Shown here: positions 41,069 to 56,164 of the stretch, in pieces | Numbering within the stretch: position 1 is the first letter of the stretch | Layout of the letters: each line of letters begins with the position of its first letter | NCBI GenBank assembly: GCA_964016885.1 | Contig: OZ024745.1 | Location: 58,776,001-58,840,000, forward strand | Direction: 5' to 3' | Origin: Eledone cirrhosa | Lineage: Eukaryota | DNA length: 64,000 nt | Notes under the pieces: model-generated | Database searches by the model: none | What the model was told of the DNA's origin: nothing | The model's input: only the letters and a program-made list of their open reading frames with translations | Translations under genes and position numbers: made by a program

Positions 41069-43560
41069 TTCTTCTGGTTTTATAATTTCACAAAGTTTTA
41101 CCAATAGAGAGAGAGTCGGTTTCTAACATAGACACTAGACTCTCTCATTGGAATTTACACAACATCAACTAGGTAGATATGTATGTATGCATGCATGTGT
41201 AGATATGGATGTTATTGTATGTGTGCATGTGTATATGCTTTGTATCTGTACATGTGTATATGCAGTTATTAGATGCAAAATTTTTGGAATGTTTTACATA
41301 TTTTTACTGTTCCATTAATGGATTGTACTTGTAGTTTCCTAACTAGTTGTGTTCTTTCTGTTCCTGTGAAGCCTAGCTTCTCAAGATTTGTATTGAGGCA
41401 ATTACTAACATATCCCAGTGCCCCAATAATCACAGGCATAAATCTGAAGGTGTAATCAGGGTGGAGTATCTGCAGATTTCTCATCAGTTCTGCATAAATA
41501 TTCTCCTTTTCACTAATCTTTGATATTATATTGGCATCTGCTGGGCAGCTAATTTACACTACTCTGCATGTTTTCTTCTCCCTGTCCCATATCATAATAT
41601 CTGGTCTGTTATGCCTGCATTTCATTGGGGTTTTTACTGGAACATTCCACCAGTACTCTTTCATATTATGTACATAGATGTCTTCCAAATTGTTGTAGCT
41701 TTTAATGTGTTTATTATCGGGGCTATCTTTTTTACGAACTGCATTGTACAGTGTTTTGGCCACTACATCATGCCTCATAGGTAGATAGTACCGCGATGAC
41801 ATCTTTGGGCAGCTGCTAATGACATGGGTGATATACTCGATGTTAGTTCTGCAGAGTCTGCACTTGTTATCACATCTAGGTGTTTTGCCTGCATCCCTAT
41901 CTCTTTTGTGAATCAAGTATTTCGTGCTAATCTCCTGTTCTTGGATTGCAAAAGCGTATCCTTCAAAGTGGGAGCCAATATAGCGGTTGTTGGTCCAAGA
42001 TAGACTACTTTCCTTATCTATATTACACTCACTCTGGAGCTTCCTGGCAACATATCCATGCATGATTTTTTGCTGATAGGCATGCAGTTTTTCATCCATG
42101 GATTCACTGCGATACTGCTGAGCGACATCCCTGGATGTGAGTTTTTGATTATCACACAGGGAATATCTCTCAAGGAGTTCCTTCCCAACTCTCATGATCT
42201 TATCTGTTTCATGCAGATAGACTTGCTCAAGAAGCGGGCTCCTACGCTTCGAGGTTCGTAGATGTTGTCGGAGAGATATGATGCGACATTCAAATGTTGT
42301 CTGGACTGATGTTAGGCCTCTGCCTCCCTGCTTACGTTTCAAGTAAAGGCTGTCTATGTCCCTGTTGATGCAGAAGTTTCCGGTGTTGTTCAGTATTTTT
42401 CGAGTTCCAACATCAACTGCTCGGATTTCGTCTATCGTCCAATTGAGTATTCCAAACACATTGTGAGCCACTGTTTTGTTTTGCGCAGAGAGTTCCGATG
42501 ACCAGACCAGATCTTTCTTAATCGGGTGTAGTATTCCCTGGTTACGCGTTCTTTATTACAGATACCATTATAGGATATGTTCTCATCTATCCCCAGGTAT
42601 CTGTAGCAGTCCTCATCAGATATCGGTGAAACAGTTAGACCATTGATGACAATGTTGCTAGATTGGGTTGTTGTTTTTCCCCGCTTTACAGTCATGTATG
42701 AGCATTTATCTTGGCTAAACTCCATTCCTATATCCTTTGAGAACGTTGTAACAGGTCAAGATTTTTCTTCATCCCATCCATGTTCTTGGCATAGAGTTTC
42801 AGATCGTCCACAAAGAAGTTATGGGTTAGGTTCGTATTTCTCTCCTCCTGTGAGCCAATGATGTATCCCTCACATTTCTTGAGCAGAAAGGACAAGGGGT
42901 TTAATGACAAGATGAACAATATCACAGAGAGACTGTCCCCCTGAAATATACCCCTGCAATATTTTATTTTATCAGTGAAAATAGAGTCCTCCCTCTCTGT
43001 CTTTAACCTTAGGATAGTAGCCCAAGAAGAAGACAGCCTCTCTATGGCTCTGACAATAATGTCTGGGACTTTATCATCCAAGAGTGGGGAACAGAATCGA
43101 AAGCTTTCTTGTAGTCCAGCCAGACTGTAGCCATATTCCTCCTAAGTTGTCGTACCTCCGACATCGCAGTTTTGTTGATTAGGAGTTGTTCAGCACATCC
43201 CCAAACACTTTTCTTTCTAGCTGCTTGTTCATCTGTGATGATGTTATTATTTTCACAGTGATCTTGGAGGAATAGGTTCAGGCAGGCTGTATACATCTTA
43301 TACATCAGGTTCTGGCATGCAATGGGTCGGTAGTTTTTTGCCAAGTGGGTGTCTTTGTTCTTGGGGACCAGTAACGTTTGTGCTCATGTCAACCATTCTG
43401 GTATAACTGTATCTCCCTTAAGAACTTGTTGGTAGAGGTCAGTAAGATACCTCTGATAGAATATTAGTTTTTTGTACCAGTAGCCGACAATCATGTCTCT
43501 TCCTGGTGTTTTCTTATCTTGGAGTTTTCCTATCACAGTCTCAAGGTACCCTCACTTATT
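41069..43560 (-). mobile_element. 5'-truncated RLE-type non-LTR retrotransposon (R4/Dong-like), frameshifted
   Basis: NYRPIAC, WLDYKKAFDSVPH, GIFQGDSLS, FFVDDLKLY, YRYLG, GGRGL, CRLC..E...HV...C (CCHC), RHD, RPDIMIWD, IIGALG; 3' end runs into (CATA)n. Confidence 0.92.
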
Positions 43561-43600
43561 TCGTATGTTTTTGTTGTATGTATGTATGTATGAATGTATG

Positions 43601-44045
43601 TTCTTCTGGTTTTATAATTTCACAAAGTTTTACCAATAGAGAGAGAGTCGGTTTCTAACATAGAATTGGAATTTACATAACATTAACTAGGTAGATATGT
43701 ATGTATGCATGTATGTGTAAATATGGATGTTATTGTATGTGTGGATATGTATGTTTTGAGTTGTATGTGAGCATGTGTATATGCTTTGTATCTGTACATG
43801 TGTATATGCAGTTATTAGATGCAAAATTTTTGGAATGTTTTACATATTTTTACTGTTCCATTAATGGATTGTACTTGTAATTTCCTAACTAGTTGTGTTC
43901 TTTCTGTTCATGTGAAGCCCAGCTTCTCAAGATTTGTATTTAGGCAGTTACTAACATACCTCAGTGTCCTAATAATCACAGGCATAAATCTGAAGGGGTA
44001 ATCAGGGTGGAGTATCTGCAGATTTCTCATCAGTTCTGCATAAAT
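43601..44045 (-). mobile_element. Second, shorter 3' copy of the same RLE element
   Basis: Same 3' terminus (ccagaagaa-catac...) and ORF end; TATG repeats on both sides. Confidence 0.9.
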
Positions 44046-44843
44046 GTAGTGATATATGTATGTATGTTTCACTGTGTATGTATTTATGTGCGTATGTATG
44101 TATGTTTGAGTGTGTATGAATGTCTCTATATATGAGAGTGTATGTATATATGTGTGTGTATGTATATTTCATATTTTCTAAGTTTTTAGTGTGAAACCAT
44201 GTGTGATAATCGTTATTTGTTGCTCAAGGAGGGTTCATTTACCAACGATGACAATGACAGCGGCGACTATGATAACTATGATGATGACGATGAATATGGC
44301 GATAATAAAGATGATGATGGTGATGGTGATATATTGCGGTTGCTGTTTCTCTCATATACACTGACTCTAGGATTTAGAAAAAAGTCTTTCCTGTTTTCTG
44401 TACTTCAACACAACTGTTTTTTTTTTTATATATATATATATATTTCCTCCTAAACTACATTTTTATTTTTTTTTACAATATACATATCGCATAAATGTCA
44501 GTTACATGTTATTGTAATGTTACATTAAATATAATATCTAGCTCTTGCTGTCATCTAATCCTAATCTATATCTCGATTGCATCAAATTTATTAAGGTACA
44601 TGTATTTCTTTTGCTGGTAAATGTTTTACACAGTATGTATTGTTGTGTAGGCGAGTTTACATATATTTCTTATAATTTATCTTCTTTTACAGAGTAAACT
44701 ATATATTTCTATAATACATGTAATACATGGACTCAGGCATGGTCGAGTGATAAAGAAGCTCGCATTAGAATCATGGGGCTCTGGATTCGATCCTACTACG
44801 TATCAACTAGGAAATCTTTATTTTACTATAACCCTGGTTTGAC

Positions 44844-45134
44844 CAAACAATAGATACTTATTTCCCACAAACAATAGATACTTATTTCCCACAAACAATA
44901 GATACTTATTTCCCACAAACGATAAATACTTATTTCCCACAAACGGTAAATACTTATTTCCCACAAACGGTAGATATGTATTTCCCACAAACGGTATATA
45001 CTTATTTCCCACAAACGGTAGATACTTATTTCCCACAAATAGTAGACATATATTTCCCACAAACGGTAGGCATTTATTTCCCCCAAACGTTAGATACTTA
45101 TTTCCCACAAACGGTATATATTTATTTCCCACAA
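44844..45134. repeat. 24-bp minisatellite, ~12 units
   Basis: Unit aaac(aa/gg)tagatacttatttcccac, contiguous, no spacers. Confidence 0.92.
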
Positions 45135-47021
45135 AATATATTTTCTGAAAATCTCTTACTTGCAGCTGTTGATAGGACATATTTCTAACGTAAAACAGAC
45201 AGAAATGTGATGTTAATACATATTAACCCACACAATATAATACATATTAACCCACACAATAAAATAGAATTCTTAGAATATATATTTTACATAAACCATC
45301 TGCGCGCTCATTATTTTTATTTTATTGTTTTTGTTTCACATTCTATCTACCCGAAACAATTATTTAGTCTTGAATAATATATTCTATTTGTTGAAACAAA
45401 GTACATTCAGCTGCGATCTTTAATATTAATATATTAAAATTAATATATATATATTCCAAGTTGTAGCCCACGTTTGCACTGAATTAGCTGCTCTTTTCAA
45501 AGAGAACGTCATAGTATGTTTCTGAAATGTGTTCTCTTTTGCTACAAAAAAAAGAAAATTATGCTCACAAGCACTAGAATAAGCATTGGAAAAATTACTG
45601 ATTAAAAAAATAATTAATTTACCGTATTTATGTAAATATTCTCAGAATATAAAAAAATATAGGAGTGAATTTATATTTCAAGTTTTATATTTATCTGATT
45701 ATTTTTTGTGTATATGCGCATTTTTATGAAGCTCAATTTAAACTATCTCCTGATGTATCAGTTTTGTGTGAATGCGTGGTCTTGAACCAACTGAAATACT
45801 CAGTATTTTTTTAAAACAATGTATTCAAAATATAGTGAATCCATGTCATTGGTTTTATTTTAGCTATTTATAAATCCGAGCAAGGCCGAGTACTACTGCA
45901 ACTAAATTCCTTTAGAGACATTTGCTATAGTTATAAAGATATAAAACAAAAATACATAAATTCTTGTAATTGTATAAAAAGCTTCTCTGTGGATGGACAT
46001 GATTTTAGTGGAACATAATAGACACGTATAAACCCTTTTACTTTATAGCAATACAAAGATCATGTGTAGATGCAATTGATCACATAAGCAAATAGCCCAT
46101 CGGCTAGCGTTTGAAAAGCGCTAATGCCGTTTCAATAGTTGCACCAACATCTTAGACAAAATAATTTACTTAGATTGTGTCAATTTAAATCATTGTCCTC
46201 ACGTGACATGAAAGGAGAGAGTTCATTTGGTTATATTTATCTCTTCTAAGTATACTAAAGGTATGCTAAAGATGAATCTTTTATAATTGTGCCGAAAAAT
46301 AGAATAAGAAACTCTTCAAAGTAAGCCAATATGAATTTCACTGGAATGCAAAAAAAAAAAAAAGTTAAAATTAAAATCCAAAAGCCTAAGGAACACGAAG
46401 AAAAAAAAACATTCCTTTATTACGACTGTTATACCAGCTCATTGATAAAATGTCGACCAATATTGCATGCACACACATAAATGCAAACACATTAACTCAC
46501 TAACACGTATATGTGATCCTACACAGATCTTACAGAACTTTCTATAGGTGTTTTTATCCGACATTTAACTTGAATAGTTCTTAAATAATTTCTACAGTAG
46601 CTGAGCTTATTGTTAAGATTATTTTCTAGTCTATTATTAATGAGATCGAGAATGTAGCCTCTAAAACCGGCTTCAAAATATATAATTCTTCATTTTAAAA
46701 TAGAAAATACGTGAATAGACTACAAATAAGGATTAATTAGAACCAAGTTGAAACAAAAACTTTCTGTACGATATCAATTTATCTACCATTGAGTACTACT
46801 GTTTTTTATGAAGTTCTACTTGGTTTTGTATATGTAACGGTTCAGTTTGGTGTACATTCAGCGGCGGCGGTGGTGGTGGTGATCGTGGGGGGGGGGCGGT
46901 GGTGGTGTTAGTAGTAGTAGTGTCTTGTTTATATGTAGTCCTAGTCAGCACTGATCAAGCAGAACTTGATGGGTTGTAAGTTTATCAATCGGATGACTAA
47001 GTATAATTCACAGAGCCAGTA

Positions 47022-47535
<514 letters not shown>

Positions 47536-47543
<8 letters not shown>

Positions 47544-47728
47544 TAAAAGGAAAAGAAAATGCTGACAAATTGTTCCCAGTGAAAAATAGTTTAATTAGGA
47601 ATAAGTAAAAATTAGTAATAGTATTGGTTAGTATTCAGTTTTGGTTTTAAGTTTTACCGGTTGCGCATTTCTAATGCTTTTTCACTGGGAACAATTTGTC
47701 AGCATTTTCTTTTCCTTTTACCAATATA
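47536..47728. repeat. ~50-bp inverted repeat module
   Basis: tatattggtaaaaggaaaagaaaatgctgacaaattgttcccagtgaaaa and exact reverse complement. Confidence 0.85.
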
Positions 47729-48101
47729 TCATAACTCGTGTGTTACACCTCTATTCTTTTAAATATATATATATATATAGAAGTGGTTACACAACAGTTA
47801 GTTCACCATACCGAGAACAATTGTTTCACCTCAGCGGATCCTAGTACTTTTCCGATGATCCGGAATTTAACATCTGTGATTTGCCGATTAATGGTAAAAT
47901 ATATTTCTTTAATGAAATATATACAAAGGAGATTAATCATTATTGCAAGGTATCGATATTTGAGGTTCTCGTTAGTTTTTAATATGTTACCTACGTAACT
48001 ATGTGTGTCTACACTCTTTACAAATTATACCCTGTAATTGTTTGATGTGTGTATTTTATATATATATATATATATATATAGCATTAAATAAAAAATCGAT
48101 T

Positions 48102-48222
<121 letters not shown>

Positions 48223-48351
48223 ATATAGATAGATAGATATATAAATATATATATATATATATAGCATGCACTACTGAACTGATAAAATAACATTGTGCAC
48301 TTCATTGCTGATGAGATTTATCATATGAGGTAATGTCTAGCTCTCTGAAGT

Positions 48352-48560
48352 CACACGGCCTAATGGTGAGGATGCTGGATTTATGATTATAGTGTCGTGG
48401 TTTCGATTCCTGGACCAGGTGCATTGTGTTCCGGTACACTCAGCTGAAAGTGAGTACCAGCAGTAGCTGGGGAATTAATCCTGCGATAGACGAGCGTCAT
48501 GTCTAGGGAGAGTTTTATGCTCTGTCACTTATTGCCAAGGAAACTGGGGTTAAGCAGTCT
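48352..48560 (+). mobile_element. Diverged tRNA SINE (family of 12455; also ~44735, ~59755, ~63030)
   Basis: ggcctaatggtgagg...gtttcgattcctggaccagg...gagtaccag. Confidence 0.6.
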
Positions 48561-49019
48561 TAGAATAGACTTTAACTAACTAGCTCTCTGGTCGTATTGC
48601 ATATTTTTCGCTGACCAGTCAATCACTGTATACATTGTTACTGTGGCTGTTATTTCACCCCAATTCCAAAAGGATCGAGCAAATTTATTATCAATAGCCT
48701 TCCAGCCATCACTTCCGTCAAATGGAAGCCCATCAAAATGGTCTTCCATTGTTAACATCGTTACTTTCTGCTTATTGAGATCTGTTGGCGTGGTGTGTAC
48801 ATCTCGTATTTTGTGATGGGGAAGGTGTGAAGTAAACGTTTTGTTATGACTCATTATGGAGAGACAGATAATCCACGGAAGCATACCAAACTCTTCTATG
48901 GATTTGATATTTTATCTCTTTTAGCACACGTGCTATTAGCGAAATATGTTCTTTGAAAATATTCCTAGAGAGTTTGTACATTGTATTGCATTTTGTGCGA
49001 TGTTTTATATATGAGATAT

Positions 49020-49208
49020 TAATTGTTTCTACTTTAGGCACAAGGCCAGCAATTACCCAGTGCATTACTGGTACTTTATTTTATCAACCCCGTAAGGATG
49101 AAAGGCAAAGTCAACCTCGGCGGGATTTGAACTCAGATCGTAAAGGGACGTAACTATACTGGAAAGCATGGCATCCGTCCCTCTACCGATACTGCCAATC
49201 CACCCGCT
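49020..49208 (-). mobile_element. Full-length Meta-domain-like SINE
   Basis: Reverse complement of the 28405 consensus. Confidence 0.88.
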
Positions 49209-49493
49209 TTATATATGAGATATTAATGGTGTCGAAGTGTTTTGTATAATTCTCGGTATTTTTCTAGCGTGTATGCATGGTGTGCTTCTGTTTTAATTGT
49301 TACAAATTTACCTCAGAATACTTCAAGTCTCCCTAATTGGTGCAGCCAGCCGTTGGAGTGCCACTCGAGAGATTTGATTGTTTGTGCATCATGGCATTTC
49401 AGTGGGCCTCAGAAATGCTTGGCGGTGCCCAAGAGTTATATATATATATATATATACACACACAAACCCACATATATATATATATATATATAT

Positions 49494-49755
49494 CTAAGGC
49501 GGGTAAAATTCCCGAGATCCATGGACGAGTTCTCTCCAGCGGTCTCTGTCCCTCATTATCGCTGCCATATCCTGCATCTCCAACAGACCAGTGTCTGTCC
49601 TTAGGGCATCAACACATGTCAACCTTGGTCTTCCTCTTCTAGTGTGTCCATGTAGGGGCTCCCAAAGGAGCACTGAGTGCAATGTCAACTCTGGACGTCG
49701 GTGAGCATGTCCAGCCAACCTCAGTCTCCTCTGTGTCACTTTTGAGCTGACTTTT
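49494..49755 (-). pseudogene. RTE LINE 3' fragment
   Basis: RRLRLAGHAHRR...LLWEP.HG..RRGRPRLT..D.L..DTG...MRDRDRWR. Confidence 0.85.
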
Positions 49756-49763
49756 AAGAAAAG

Positions 49764-49840
<77 letters not shown>

Positions 49841-50039
49841 CACACACAACCCCCCCTCCCCATATATATATATCGTGTGTTCTAATATTACTTTTAGTGA
49901 ACGAATGGGGAAAGAGCAATTAATAGGTCTTATAAACATGCTTTACTTGAGCTGAATGTTTTTTATTGTTACACGAGTTTCACGCCTAACGTCTGAAAAT
50001 TACAGTTGTGTGAAACACTATCAGGAGATACCGAATTTT

Positions 50040-50108
<69 letters not shown>

Positions 50109-50215
50109 CTCTCGCTCTCTCTCTCTCATTCTCTCACCCTCTCTCCCTCTCTCTTTCATATATATATATATATATAATACATATATATACGTGCGTGTGT
50201 GTGTGTGGGGGGGGT

Positions 50216-50246
<31 letters not shown>

Positions 50247-50249
50247 GTA

Positions 50250-50313
<64 letters not shown>

Positions 50314-50362
50314 TATATATATACATATACATATATATATATATACATATATACATACATGT

Positions 50363-50409
<47 letters not shown>

Positions 50410-50411
50410 CA

Positions 50412-50553
<142 letters not shown>

Positions 50554-50587
50554 TATATTACATATATATATTACATATATATACATA

Positions 50588-50984
50588 TATATTAATAAGA
50601 GGAATTCCAACTTTGTCTGATTTACTCGTTTTATTTACAATCCTTTAAAATATATATAATATGGTATTATAATGAAATAGTATGATAGAATATTAAATTC
50701 TAAGTGTTAATTGAACAAGTACTTTCATGCTTTCGCAATCTTCAGGTTCATGATATGTGGTGACAGTCGAGTTTGCAATTTTCGACAGTTGAAAATTGCA
50801 AACTCGACTGTCACCACATATCATGAACCTGAAGATTGCGAAAGCATGAAAGTACTTGTTCAATTAACACTTAGAATTTAATATTCTATCATACTATTTC
50901 ATTATAATACCATTATATATATTTTAAAGGATTGTAAATAAAACGAGTAAATCAGACAAAGTTGGAATTCCTCTTATTAATATA
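50588..50984. mobile_element. ~195-bp-arm near-perfect palindrome with an HHR in each arm (family G)
   Basis: Centre aattttc-gacagtt-gaaaatt; embedded in long (TA)n. Confidence 0.9.
50824..50862 (+). ncRNA. 39-nt minimal hammerhead ribozyme (mirror copy 50712-50750 on minus)
   Basis: TGAAC-CTGAAGA-tTGC gaaa GCAt-GAAA-gtac-TT-GTTCA. Confidence 0.85.
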
Positions 50985-51067
50985 ATCTTCTATACACAAT
51001 CATACACACCCGTGTATATTTACCTATCTATATCTATATACATATATATATATACATATATATATAC

Positions 51068-51134
<67 letters not shown>

Positions 51135-51136
51135 CA

Positions 51137-51179
<43 letters not shown>

Positions 51180-51195
51180 ATATATATATATATGT

Positions 51196-51342
<147 letters not shown>

Positions 51343-51345
51343 TAC

Positions 51346-51381
<36 letters not shown>

Positions 51382-51669
51382 TAGATAATTTTATGAACAA
51401 TAAAAAAGAGGCACAGAAATCACCGAGACTATGAGTGTTGCCTTAATAATAACCATCTGCACTTATGTAATCTTCCATTATCTTCGTAAACACAATTAAA
51501 GATGGCAGATTCTACTATCACAATCCACACATGTTCAGCTGTTTAGCTTTGGTGAGATTTTGGAATGAGAGAGACGCTTGTGGATGAATTGAGTGAAAGG
51601 GGTGGAGAGAAAGGAGCAAATGGCTGATTGAGAAATCTTGGAAGTAGACATGAATGATAAACAATGTTC

Positions 51670-51712
<43 letters not shown>

Positions 51713-51785
51713 TTACATATATATATTTATATATATATATATACATATATATGTATGTATATATACATATATACATATATGTGTG

Positions 51786-51852
<67 letters not shown>

Positions 51853-51861
51853 AAACATATA

Positions 51862-52755
51862 CAAGGTGCGGACGATATTTGCTCGCAATTTTCAACTGCT
51901 AATTTTATGTAAATTTTTTTTACTTCCGTTGTCACTCTTGTCTTCATAAAAACAGTGACTATATTTCCATTATTTATTTTCAGAATAATTGATTATGAAT
52001 AATTTTGAACCTCCAAATTTGTAGAAGAGATACGGATTTCTTCTTAGAATCCGCGCCGGGGGGACAAATAAGACCAGAAGATCAACTCCTAGAACAACAG
52101 GTGGCTCGCTGTCTCATGCAAAGACGTGCCCAGAGTCATGCAGACAAAGTTTCCAACGACAACATTGGTCTTAAGTGTCGTCAGCAGTCAAGGTGACGTT
52201 ATGGCACCTCACTTCTTCTCTGATGGCCTCAAGCTGAACACCGATGGCTAAATCCGCGTTCTGAGGGAGGTAGTAAAGCCCTGGATCGACCAGGTAGCTG
52301 GAGGTAGGCCGTACGTGTGGCAGCAAGACTCAGCTCCCTGCCATACCAGCCGAAAGACCCAAGCCTGGCTGTCAGAGAACTTCGTCGACCACACTTCACC
52401 TGACATCTGGCCTCCCAGCTCGCCTGACTGTAACCCCCCTCGACTTCTTTGTGTGGGGTGCAGTGGTACGAGACACCAACAGATCTAGCTTCAATACGAA
52501 AGACGATCTGAAGGCCAGGATCACAAGTGCCTTTAGGGGCCTAAGTCGGGGGACAGTGACGAAGGCCTGTAGCAGGTTCCGAGGCCGCCTTGAGACCGTC
52601 ATCAAAACCAATGGCGGGTTTATCGAGTGAGATCGAAAGAACAAGTCATGAAGACAAACTGACTCAAGTTTGATAAATAAATCTTAAAAAATAAAACTAC
52701 TGCGTTATTTTTTTTTTAGACAGTAATCTTGCGAACAGATATCGTCCGCACCCTG
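51862..52755 (+). mobile_element. Internally deleted DD37D (maT) Tc1/mariner transposon
   Basis: TIRs ca(a/g)ggtgcggacgatat with TA TSD; WQQDSAPCH...WPPSSPDCNPLDFFVW with 37 aa between the last two D; +1 frameshift at ~52438; stop at 52630. Confidence 0.92.
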
Positions 52756-52779
52756 TATACATATATACATATATATATT

Positions 52780-52899
<120 letters not shown>

Positions 52900-52937
52900 C
52901 ACACACATATATATATACACATATATATATATATACA

Positions 52938-53006
<69 letters not shown>

Positions 53007-53119
53007 ATGTATCTATCTATATATATGTGTATATATATATATATGTATTAGTATGTACGTATATATATGTGTATATATATAAATATATATATATATATGT
53101 ATGTATATATATATATGTG

Positions 53120-53186
<67 letters not shown>

Positions 53187-53267
53187 GTGTGTGTATATAT
53201 ATATATATATATAAACATATATACATATATACGTATATATATTTATATATATATATATATAAATATA

Positions 53268-53323
<56 letters not shown>

Positions 53324-53336
53324 TACACATACATAT

Positions 53337-53499
<163 letters not shown>

Positions 53500-53539
53500 C
53501 ATATATTTATATGTATATATATATATATATGTGTGTGTG

Positions 53540-53720
53540 TTTTGAGCTGTTTAGCTTTGCGAGATTGTAGAGTAGGAGCGAAGCTTGTGGGTGAATTGAT
53601 AGAAGGCGAGGAGAAAGAGGAAGAAAGGGAGAGAGAGAAAGAGCAAATGGGTGATTGAGAGAGGTTGGAAGTAGAAGTAAATGATAAACAATGTTGAAAA
53701 TGAGTAGAGTTGGATGGTGT
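53540..53720. repeat. Interspersed repeat shared with 51535-51670
   Basis: agctgtttagctttg...gcttgtgg...gagcaaatgg.tgattgaga...ggaagtaga...aatgataaacaatgtt. Confidence 0.7.
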
Positions 53721-53850
53721 TATTCAATCTGGTGTATGTAATCTATGCGTTGAGATGAAATGCTAATAGATAAATTTGATATAGAGCGACAAAGAACTAC
53801 ACAGGTAGATAACCTATACAAAATACTGGATGTATGTATATATGTATATA

Positions 53851-53930
<80 letters not shown>

Positions 53931-53997
53931 GGTATATATGTATGTATGTATTTTTGTATATACGTGTATGTATATATGTAGGTATGCATGTACGTAA

Positions 53998-54089
<92 letters not shown>

Positions 54090-54279
54090 GAAAAAGTATG
54101 ACCCCGACGGCAGAGCTCAAGCCGTTTCGACGGCTATTTCTGGACTGAAATAGCCGTCGAAACTGCTTGAGCTCTTCCCGTCGGGGTCATACTTTTTTCC
54201 TATTACCCACTCTACTATCCTAAGTATTGAGTACTCTGGTGCGTTATGGTCCATCTGGTTCCTCACCAAAACTCCTTCG

Positions 54280-54283
<4 letters not shown>
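54090..54283. mobile_element. Family B module with palindrome 54090-54199
   Basis: Centre atttc-tggact-gaaat. Confidence 0.8.
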
Positions 54284-54362
<79 letters not shown>

Positions 54363-55179
54363 GTATTTGCAGTATTTATGTATATATCATATGATTTTTG
54401 CACCTGTGCTGGGCTGTTGTTGATGTTTAAACTTAGTTCAACTTTGAGCTAACAACATATCGATTGATGTACCTCTCTCCGTTTCGAGGCTGACAGTTCC
54501 TGTTGTTCGATCAACCGAACAGCCTACTCATTAAATTAACGTAGGTTTTTGAATAATTACAAGTACAGTTAATCTGACGGGCTTTCATATAGTTTCTGTC
54601 TACCCAATTCCGACTCCACAGCCAACAGGCATATTTTAGTTTCCATACATTTCGAATTTCTTACCATTCCTACTTGCAAATAACATTTGGATGGAATGTA
54701 TATTAAGATGAGGATATATTTGGCTTCAGCTACTATTTATACATTGGTAGGTTCTGAGCGTCAAAGAAAATGTTTTCTGGTATTTGCTCCGGCGCCTTTA
54801 AGGTTCGTAGTTCAAATACCCTCGTGGTTCACCTTGCCCTTCATCTATCCGGGGGTTAATAAAATAAAGCACTAATCAAATACTGTGCTACTACCTTCCT
54901 CTGCATTAGTTTAGCCTTAGACTTTCAAGTTTAATTCACAGCACATTAATATAGTTTTTATCTAAAGCATCTAGGATCTAAAGCGTAACAAAAGAAATGT
55001 ATGTATGGCCCCGTAACTCCTTATAGAGTCATAGGGGTGCCGTATTGACATAAAGGGTTTCTTGGGCATTTTAAGCCTTGCGGATCCCATCCCTCTCCAG
55101 GTCTAAGTACAGCAGATCTTACAGAAAGTAAGAGAGAAGAAATGAGAAAGAGATATAGAGAAAGAATTTACTTCGGTAC

Positions 55180-55313
55180 TAGACTGATACTTTTTATCGA
55201 CCTCGAAATGATGAAAGGCAAAGTTGACCTTGGTGGGATGTGAACTCAGAAAGCTGGAACGAATACCATAAAACATTCTATCCAACGTTTTAACGACTCT
55301 GCCAATTTGCCCC
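55180..55313 (-). mobile_element. Meta-domain-like SINE
   Basis: ttttatcgacctcgaaatgatgaaaggcaaagttgacc. Confidence 0.75.
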
Positions 55314-55723
55314 CTAATAAAAGAAATACTTTGTGTATAACAAGTATTTCTGGTATTGACGATATCACGATGAAGAACAGTGATTTTTTAATATCGAATA
55401 TGAACTAGATACTGTTTGTGCATATAGTCTGTGAAGTGTAAATGTGTATATAGTTGTACGTGTATAGTGTGTTGTGGTAGTTTATGAAATGAAAGGGTGT
55501 AAATGGGTAGTAAGCTAAAGGTTACTACACGGTTCAAACCAAAGATAACAGAGGAACGAACGTGGAAAACAAGACAGTGATCCTGTGTATGTAATATATA
55601 CTTGTATATATAAAATATATAGTGAAAAATTATATACATACACTCTACTTTACCAAGTATCGAGTACTTAGCTGAATATAGTTTAACTAGTTTAAGTGTA
55701 ACCCCCAATATATATATGTATAC

Positions 55724-56164
55724 TAGACCTGAAAAATGCGCAAGCTCAAAAGAGCCACAGAATGTTATAATAAACCTTCAAAAGTGTGGGACTAGAATTG
55801 TTGCTCAAAAATATTGTAATCATTATCTATCGTACACTCTGTGAAATCCTTTTATAAAAAAGAGACTCATAACGAACTCGAGACGACACGATAATTATTT
55901 AAGCTAATGTTCAATATCTCATATTAGATGTTTAGTAATGATTAATACGAAATGCACTTAAACCGAATTCTATATTATAAATTCACTTAAATAATTATCG
56001 TGTCGTCTTGAGTTCGTTATGAGTCTCTTTTTTTTTAAAGGATGCCATAGAGTGTACGATAGATAATGATTACAATATTTCTTAGCAACAACTCTAGTCC
56101 CACACTTTTGAAGGTTTATTATAACATTCTGTGGCTCTTTTGAGCTTGCGCATTTTCAGGTCTA
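55724..56164. mobile_element. Foldback/MITE DNA element with ~180-bp inverted arms
   Basis: tagacctgaaaaatgcgcaagctc... / ...gagcttgcgcattttcaggtcta; no HHR motif; no clear long TSD. Confidence 0.85.

Noticed and set aside
44199-44453. Acidic Asp-rich ORF
   Set aside because: Degenerate (GAT)n trinucleotide repeat with no splice or domain support.
44844-45134. Regular 24-bp repeat resembling a CRISPR array or repeat protein (FVGNKYL)n
   Set aside because: Contiguous units with no unique spacers, in a eukaryotic context with no cas genes; it is a minisatellite.
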